Below, one piece after another: positions 26,055 through 32,233 of a stretch of DNA of 32,233 nt (positions are counted from its first letter, which is position 1; each line of letters starts with the position of its first letter). The translations under genes and the position numbers were made by a program. This DNA is from Deltaproteobacteria bacterium HGW-Deltaproteobacteria-17 (GTDB lineage: Bacteria; Myxococcota_A; Polyangia; HGW-17), in the NCBI GenBank assembly GCA_002841905.1, contig PHBF01000003.1, positions 1-32,233 on the forward strand. Reading direction: 5' to 3'. The notes under the pieces were generated by a model, which was not told the origin of the DNA, searched no databases, and saw only the letters and a list, made by a program, of their open reading frames with translations.

Positions 26055-26401
26055 TGATGCCCCAATCCATGTGGTTCCTGCTGCCGGCCGTCCTGGCTTT
26101 CTCAGCCTGCGACAAGAAGGCCGTCACCTCCGACAAGCCCGGTGAGGCCGTCGTGGCCAATCCCCAGCGCAGTTGCACCCATCTGGTCGCCAAGCTCAGC
26201 GAGTGTGTGAACGGCAAGGAACTGAATCAGCGGTTCACGTTCTCCAAGCTCAAGGACTGGATGTACGAGGACTGCGAGAAGCTCAAGCTCGAGAACAAGA
26301 CCCTGTTTGACAACCTCATGTCCTGCGTCAGCCTCGACTGCAGCCAGATGGAATCGTGTCTGGAGCGTGTCCTGGGCAAGTGGCAGGAGAATCGGAAATA
26401 A
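26051..26401 (+). CDS. Small Cys-rich lipoprotein
   Basis: ATGA overlap, GGAG RBS, lipobox FSAC and six further Cys. Confidence 0.85.
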   Translation: MMMPQSMWFLLPAVLAFSACDKKAVTSDKPGEAVVANPQRSCTHLVAKLSECVNGKELNQRFTFSKLKDWMYEDCEKLKLENKTLFDNLMSCVSLDCSQMESCLERVLGKWQENRK

Positions 26402-26404
26402 ACG

Positions 26405-27619
<1,215 letters not shown>

Positions 27620-27636
27620 CAAAGGAGAAGCATCCG

Positions 27637-28689
27637 ATGACCAAATTGATACTTCGCGCGATGGATCTCGACGGTTTTCTGACGGAGCAGGACCACGAGA
27701 AGATACGGATTCTCGATGCCCGGTATGAAGAGGCCATGAACGTGTTCAGGCAGTACGATCCGAAGTCGGATCGGGCCGAGGAGGTCCGGGACCGGATGAT
27801 CGGCCTCTACTCGGAGCTGGGACATGTGATGCACGAGATGCTGGGCGAGGAGAAGAACATCCACGTGTTCTCGTTCGAGACGCCGCCGTTCATCCATGGC
27901 GAGGCGTCGAGGCTGATCGCCAAGCTGCGCGACGTCCGCACGGAGCAGCCCGAGTTCGTCTACTACATCCAGCGCGCCTATGAGTTGCTGTTCAACATGG
28001 CCTTCCAGGGCACCCCGGAGTCCAAACATCACATCCTCGTGAAGACGCCGGTGGGGCTGCCGACCCAGCAGTACGCGATCCACAAGATCCCGCAGATCGA
28101 CGACTGCACGGGCAACGCGGTGATGTGCGTGATGCTGCGCGCGGCGCTGCTGCCCTCGATGATCGTCTCCAAGGAGATCCAGGAGTATCACTCCGGCGGC
28201 TACGTGACGCCCTTTGCGCTGTTCAAGATCGGGCGCGACGACCGGCAGAACGAGCAGAACATGTCCTACGTGCTGGACCTCAAGAAGAGTTATTTCAACC
28301 TCGAGATGCTCGACGGGAAGGACTGGTTCTTCGCCGATCCCATGAACGCCACCGGCGGCAGCATGATCACGGTCGTGAAGTTCCTCAAGGATCAGGGCGT
28401 GACGCCGCGCTCCGTGAAGTTCTTCAACGTCATCTCCGCGATGAAGGGCTGCCTGCGCATCGCACGCGCGGTGGAGAACGTCGAGATCTACACGCTGTGG
28501 ATGGACCCCGCGCTCAATGACAAGGCCTACATCCTGCCGGGCGTGGGTGACGCCGGCGACCGCATCAACGGCCGCGACAGCCACGAGACCCCGCGCGACA
28601 TCATCCAGCTCATCGCCGACTATGGCACCCGCATCACGGCGCTGTACCGTGCCCAGATCCGCTCCATCGAGCGAACCGTCCTCGGTTGA
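27637..28689 (+). CDS. upp: Uracil phosphoribosyltransferase, long form
   Basis: AAAGGAG RBS; IAKLRD, VKTP, MLRAAL, ADPMNATGGS, LNDKAYILPGVGDAGDR. Confidence 0.88.
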   Translation: MTKLILRAMDLDGFLTEQDHEKIRILDARYEEAMNVFRQYDPKSDRAEEVRDRMIGLYSELGHVMHEMLGEEKNIHVFSFETPPFIHGEASRLIAKLRDVRTEQPEFVYYIQRAYELLFNMAFQGTPESKHHILVKTPVGLPTQQYAIHKIPQIDDCTGNAVMCVMLRAALLPSMIVSKEIQEYHSGGYVTPFALFKIGRDDRQNEQNMSYVLDLKKSYFNLEMLDGKDWFFADPMNATGGSMITVVKFLKDQGVTPRSVKFFNVISAMKGCLRIARAVENVEIYTLWMDPALNDKAYILPGVGDAGDRINGRDSHETPRDIIQLIADYGTRITALYRAQIRSIERTVLG

Positions 28690-28734
28690 ATCCAGATTTT
28701 TCGACACGTGCGGGCGCCCGGTCGGCCTGAGGGC

Positions 28735-31700
28735 CTACTGACCCCCGTCGGCCGCCGTGGTGTCCGGGAGGCGGAGGGCGGTGCGGTACGCGAAGCGATA
28801 GAGCACGGGCATCAGGTAGAGGGCGACGAAGGTCTCCATGATCAGTCCTCCGATGGCTCCCGCGGCCATGGGCTGCAGCATCTCGTTGCCGCCGCCGAGG
28901 TTGAGGGCCAGCGGCAGGAATCCCACCAGCGTCGACAAGGTGGTCATCACGCGGGGACGCAGGCGCACGGCGGCCGCCTGCAGGATCGCCGCGTCAGGCG
29001 TGATGCCGCCCTCGCGCCGCAGATCGTCGGCGAACGTGAACAGCAGCACGCCGTCATTGATGGCGGCAGCGACGACCACGAGCATGCCGATGAGGACCGT
29101 GGCGCCCACCGGAAAGCCGGTGATCTTCAGGGAAAAGAGCACGCCGGCCAGGCAGGCCGGGAGGTTGACCAGGATCAGCGTGGGCAACTTCCAATCATTA
29201 AACTGCACCGCTAACACAATGAAAGCAAAGAACAAGGCGAACAACAGGATCTTGAGCATGTCCAGTTGCATCTCCCGCATCATCTGCGCCTGTCCGGAGA
29301 ACTTCCAGGTGACGCCCGGGCGCAGGGAGACGTCGTCGAGCAGGTTCCCGGCGACCACCTGGGCCGCGCTGACGGTCAGGCCCACGGTCGTGGCCGTGAT
29401 GGAGACCTGCTTGGCCTGGTCCTCCCGGCTGATCTCCACGGGTCCGTTCCCCGGCAGCACCTGTGCGACATCGGACAGCAGAATCTGGGCGCCGTCGGCC
29501 CGGGCGACGGGAAACATCCGCAGGTCCTCGGCGTTGTGGATCCGGCTCTCGGGGATGCTCAGGCGGACATCGAACTGCAGGCCGCGCTCCCGGAAGGAGG
29601 TGACCACCGATCCCCCCAGATAGGTCCGCAGGGAGTCGGCGATGTCCCTCACCGACAGACCCAGATCGGCGCATTTCTCCCGATCGAGGTGGACCTGGTA
29701 TTCTGGCTTGGAGAAATCCAGGGAGAGCTGGACGTTGGTGAAGGAGGGATGACGGGAGATGCGCTCCACCATCTGGGCGGAGACCGCGCGCAGATCCTCG
29801 AGGTTGTCCCCGCGGATCTTGATCTCCATGTCGCTGTCACCGAGCCGGCGGATGCCGCGGATCCGCTGCTGGGTGACCATGACGCGCACGCCGGGCCAGT
29901 TGAACTTCTGGAGCTTCCTGCGGAACTGGTTCACCCACTGCATGGTGCGCATCCGGCCGCCCCCGGACTTCAACTGGACGCTGATCTCCGCGTCGTTGGA
30001 GGACTCGACCATGAAGCCGCCGCTGCCCCGGCCGCCCGCGACCGTGAAGAAAGTATCGACCCGTGGCTCCTGGGCCAGCAGCTTCTCGATGTCCCCGGCG
30101 ATGGTGTTGAGCTCGTATGCCGAGGTGCCCGGCTGGGCGCGGACCCGGACCGAGACGCGGCCGTCGTCGAGCATGGGCAGGAACTCCCCCTCGAGGGTCT
30201 GCCAGGTCCAGGCTCCCGCGAACAGCAGGCCGATGGCCACGGACAGCCACACCCACCGCCAGCGCAAAAACCACGCGGCGGAGCGGGCGTAGGCGGAGGT
30301 GATGCGGGCGAAGATGCGCTGGAAAAGGCCGGACTCATCCTCCTGGGATTTGAGCAGGACTTCGGCCAGCATCGGTGTGAGGGTGATGGCCACGCCCACG
30401 CTGATGACCACGATCCCGGAGATGACCAGGATCAACTCCTTGAAGAGCAGGCTGGTCAGGCCTGGGACGAACAGGAATGGCAGGAACAGGGCGAGGTAGG
30501 ACAGGGTGCCCGCGGCGATCGCGGGTCCGACCTCGGAGACGGCGTCCGGGATCAACTGGTGGGACGGCTCATGGGGAGCCAGCCCGCGCCGCCGGGTGAT
30601 GTTCTCCAGCACAACGATGGAGTTGTCCAGCAGCACGCCCAGCGCCACGACGAGGCCACCCAGGGAGAAGATGTTGAGGGAGAAGCCCGCGAGCTTCATC
30701 ACGCCGAAGTTGACCAACAGGATCACCGGGATCGCCAGCAGCAGCACGAGGACGTGCCGCAGGCTGCCCAGGAACAGGAAGATGGTGATGATGACCAGGA
30801 TCGCCGCACCCAGGGCCGCGGAGGTCACGCCGTCGATGGCGTCGGCGATGTAGACGGCCTGGTTCTCCAGGACGAGCAACTTCACGTCCGCGGGCAGATC
30901 CGGCTTCAGTTCTTCGAGCTTCCGGGTCACCGCCCTGGCGACGGTCACCGTGTTGGCCAGGGCCTGCTTGGTGACGCTCACCTTGATCGCGGCCGAACTG
31001 TTGAGGCGGGTGAACAGGCGAACGTCCTCGGAGGCGTCGAGCACCTCCGCGACGTCGCCCAGCGTGACCTTGGCCCCGTCACGGTTGAGGAGGATGATGT
31101 TGCGAAGTTCTGCAACTGTTTTGACCTCACCCATGGTGCGGACGACCCAGTGACGGCGTCCCTCGATGATGCGCCCGGCGAACATCTCCACGTTCTCGTC
31201 GGCGATGCGCTTCTGGATCTCGGTGGTCGTGAGTTTGTATTTTATCAATGCCTCCGGCTGGAGAAACACCCGGATCTCGCGGCGAAGCCCTCCGACGATC
31301 TCGGTCCCCGCCACCCCGGGCACCGACAGCAGTTGCTTCTGCAGTTGATCCTCGGCCCAGGTGCGCAGCCGGGTGAGATCCCAGGCCTGCGAACTGATGG
31401 AGATCAGCAGGATCGGCAGCTGGCTCGGGTCCATCTTGGCCACCAGCGGAGGGTCGATGTCGTCGGGCAGTCGCCGGTTGACCCGGCCCAGGGCGGCGGA
31501 GGCGTCCATGAAGGCGACGTTGACGTCACTGTCGTAGGAAAAGTTCAGCATCAACCGGTAGTTGCCCTCGGTGATGCTGCTCTCGAGGTAGTCCACCCCG
31601 TCGACCGAGGCCATCTGACGCTCCAGCGGATCGGCGATGGAGCGGTCGATCTCCTCGGGGGTCGCGCCGGGCCACAGGATGGAGACCCGGATCATCGGAT

Positions 31701-31824
31701 ACGTGATGTCGGGGAGGAAGTCCACGGGCATGGAGAAGAGGCTCACCGCGCCCAGGACGAGCAGGCCCGACAGGATCGCCAGCGTGGCGAACTTCCTCCG
31801 GATGACGGCGGCGGTCAGGCGCAT
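28735..31824 (-). CDS. RND efflux transporter permease (AcrB/AcrD/AcrF family)
   Basis: PVDFLPDI, PGATPEEI, LNIFSLGGL..ALGVLLDNSIVVLENI, EFLP.LD.G, RLRPRVMTT. 1029 aa with the two-repeat TM layout. Confidence 0.95.
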   Translation of the reverse strand: MRLTAAVIRRKFATLAILSGLLVLGAVSLFSMPVDFLPDITYPMIRVSILWPGATPEEIDRSIADPLERQMASVDGVDYLESSITEGNYRLMLNFSYDSDVNVAFMDASAALGRVNRRLPDDIDPPLVAKMDPSQLPILLISISSQAWDLTRLRTWAEDQLQKQLLSVPGVAGTEIVGGLRREIRVFLQPEALIKYKLTTTEIQKRIADENVEMFAGRIIEGRRHWVVRTMGEVKTVAELRNIILLNRDGAKVTLGDVAEVLDASEDVRLFTRLNSSAAIKVSVTKQALANTVTVARAVTRKLEELKPDLPADVKLLVLENQAVYIADAIDGVTSAALGAAILVIITIFLFLGSLRHVLVLLLAIPVILLVNFGVMKLAGFSLNIFSLGGLVVALGVLLDNSIVVLENITRRRGLAPHEPSHQLIPDAVSEVGPAIAAGTLSYLALFLPFLFVPGLTSLLFKELILVISGIVVISVGVAITLTPMLAEVLLKSQEDESGLFQRIFARITSAYARSAAWFLRWRWVWLSVAIGLLFAGAWTWQTLEGEFLPMLDDGRVSVRVRAQPGTSAYELNTIAGDIEKLLAQEPRVDTFFTVAGGRGSGGFMVESSNDAEISVQLKSGGGRMRTMQWVNQFRRKLQKFNWPGVRVMVTQQRIRGIRRLGDSDMEIKIRGDNLEDLRAVSAQMVERISRHPSFTNVQLSLDFSKPEYQVHLDREKCADLGLSVRDIADSLRTYLGGSVVTSFRERGLQFDVRLSIPESRIHNAEDLRMFPVARADGAQILLSDVAQVLPGNGPVEISREDQAKQVSITATTVGLTVSAAQVVAGNLLDDVSLRPGVTWKFSGQAQMMREMQLDMLKILLFALFFAFIVLAVQFNDWKLPTLILVNLPACLAGVLFSLKITGFPVGATVLIGMLVVVAAAINDGVLLFTFADDLRREGGITPDAAILQAAAVRLRPRVMTTLSTLVGFLPLALNLGGGNEMLQPMAAGAIGGLIMETFVALYLMPVLYRFAYRTALRLPDTTAADGGQ

Positions 31825-31834
31825 GATGTCGGGC

Positions 31835-32233
31835 CTATTCCTTCTTCGTCGCCGAGTCGGGCTTCATGCCGGCGTCCGCAGGCCGGGGGTCATCGGTTTT
31901 GCCACCGGATCCGGCGTCGGGGATGATCTCCACCTCCTGTCCCTCGCGGAACTGGTCGGCGTTCTCCAGGATGACCCGGCTTCCGGGTTCGAGCCCGGAC
32001 AGGATCTGGATCTTGCCGTCGGCCATGAAGCCGACGCGCACGGCCCGGCGCCGGGCCGTGCCCTCCTCGATGGTGAACAGGAAACGCTCACCCTGCCTGG
32101 TCACGACGGCCGCTTCGGGCACGACCAGCTGGTTGGGGATCTCATCGAGCACCAGTCGGATCCGTGCGAACATGCCGGGGATCAGCCGCACCTCCTCGGT
32201 GAGGACGGCCTCGACCCACAGCACGCGGGACCT
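31835..32233 (-). CDS. RND membrane fusion protein (periplasmic adaptor), partial 3' end
   Basis: LIPGMFARI, VVPEAAV, VRVG..IQILSGLEPG. Lies directly upstream of the RND permease and runs off the window end. Confidence 0.92.
   Translation of the reverse strand, partial: RSRVLWVEAVLTEEVRLIPGMFARIRLVLDEIPNQLVVPEAAVVTRQGERFLFTIEEGTARRRAVRVGFMADGKIQILSGLEPGSRVILENADQFREGQEVEIIPDAGSGGKTDDPRPADAGMKPDSATKKE

Noticed and set aside
29266-31926. Long antisense or alternate-frame ORFs (e.g. 29266-31926, 11507-13435, 16491-18209, 27058-28707, 6816-8099)
   Set aside because: They shadow well-supported genes, lack motifs and are expected from GC-rich codon bias.

Overview
GC-rich bacterial chromosomal window. 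Cys-rich lipoproteins, an RCC1 propeller, a Hanks kinase and Asn-Val repeats suggest a Myxococcota/Deltaproteobacteria-like organism (inference). It holds about 21 CDS and no recognisable rRNA, tRNA, CRISPR array, transposase or integrase. Housekeeping genes are mnmG, a NifU-like carrier, rarA, typA, upp and an RND pump with a partial MFP. Between them lie many secreted or lipoprotein genes: an EEP phosphoesterase, a GH43, an SGNH-like protein, an RCC1 protein and two small Cys-rich lipoproteins. The most notable items are: (1) a coupled three-gene operon of unknown function (DUF6620-like repeat protein plus two Zn-ribbon proteins); (2) a 1454-aa four-domain PlsA/PlsR/Ger-like enzyme behind a palindromic operator; (3) an operon of a GH13 lacking its catalytic nucleophile, a Cys-rich lipoprotein, a tail-anchored Ser/Thr kinase and a long UPRT; (4) two small lipoproteins about 23 kb apart sharing a Cys spacing; (5) RarA with an extra winged-helix tail; (6) a perfect 39-bp inverted copy at the window edge. 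All family names come from motif recognition by eye; no searches were run.
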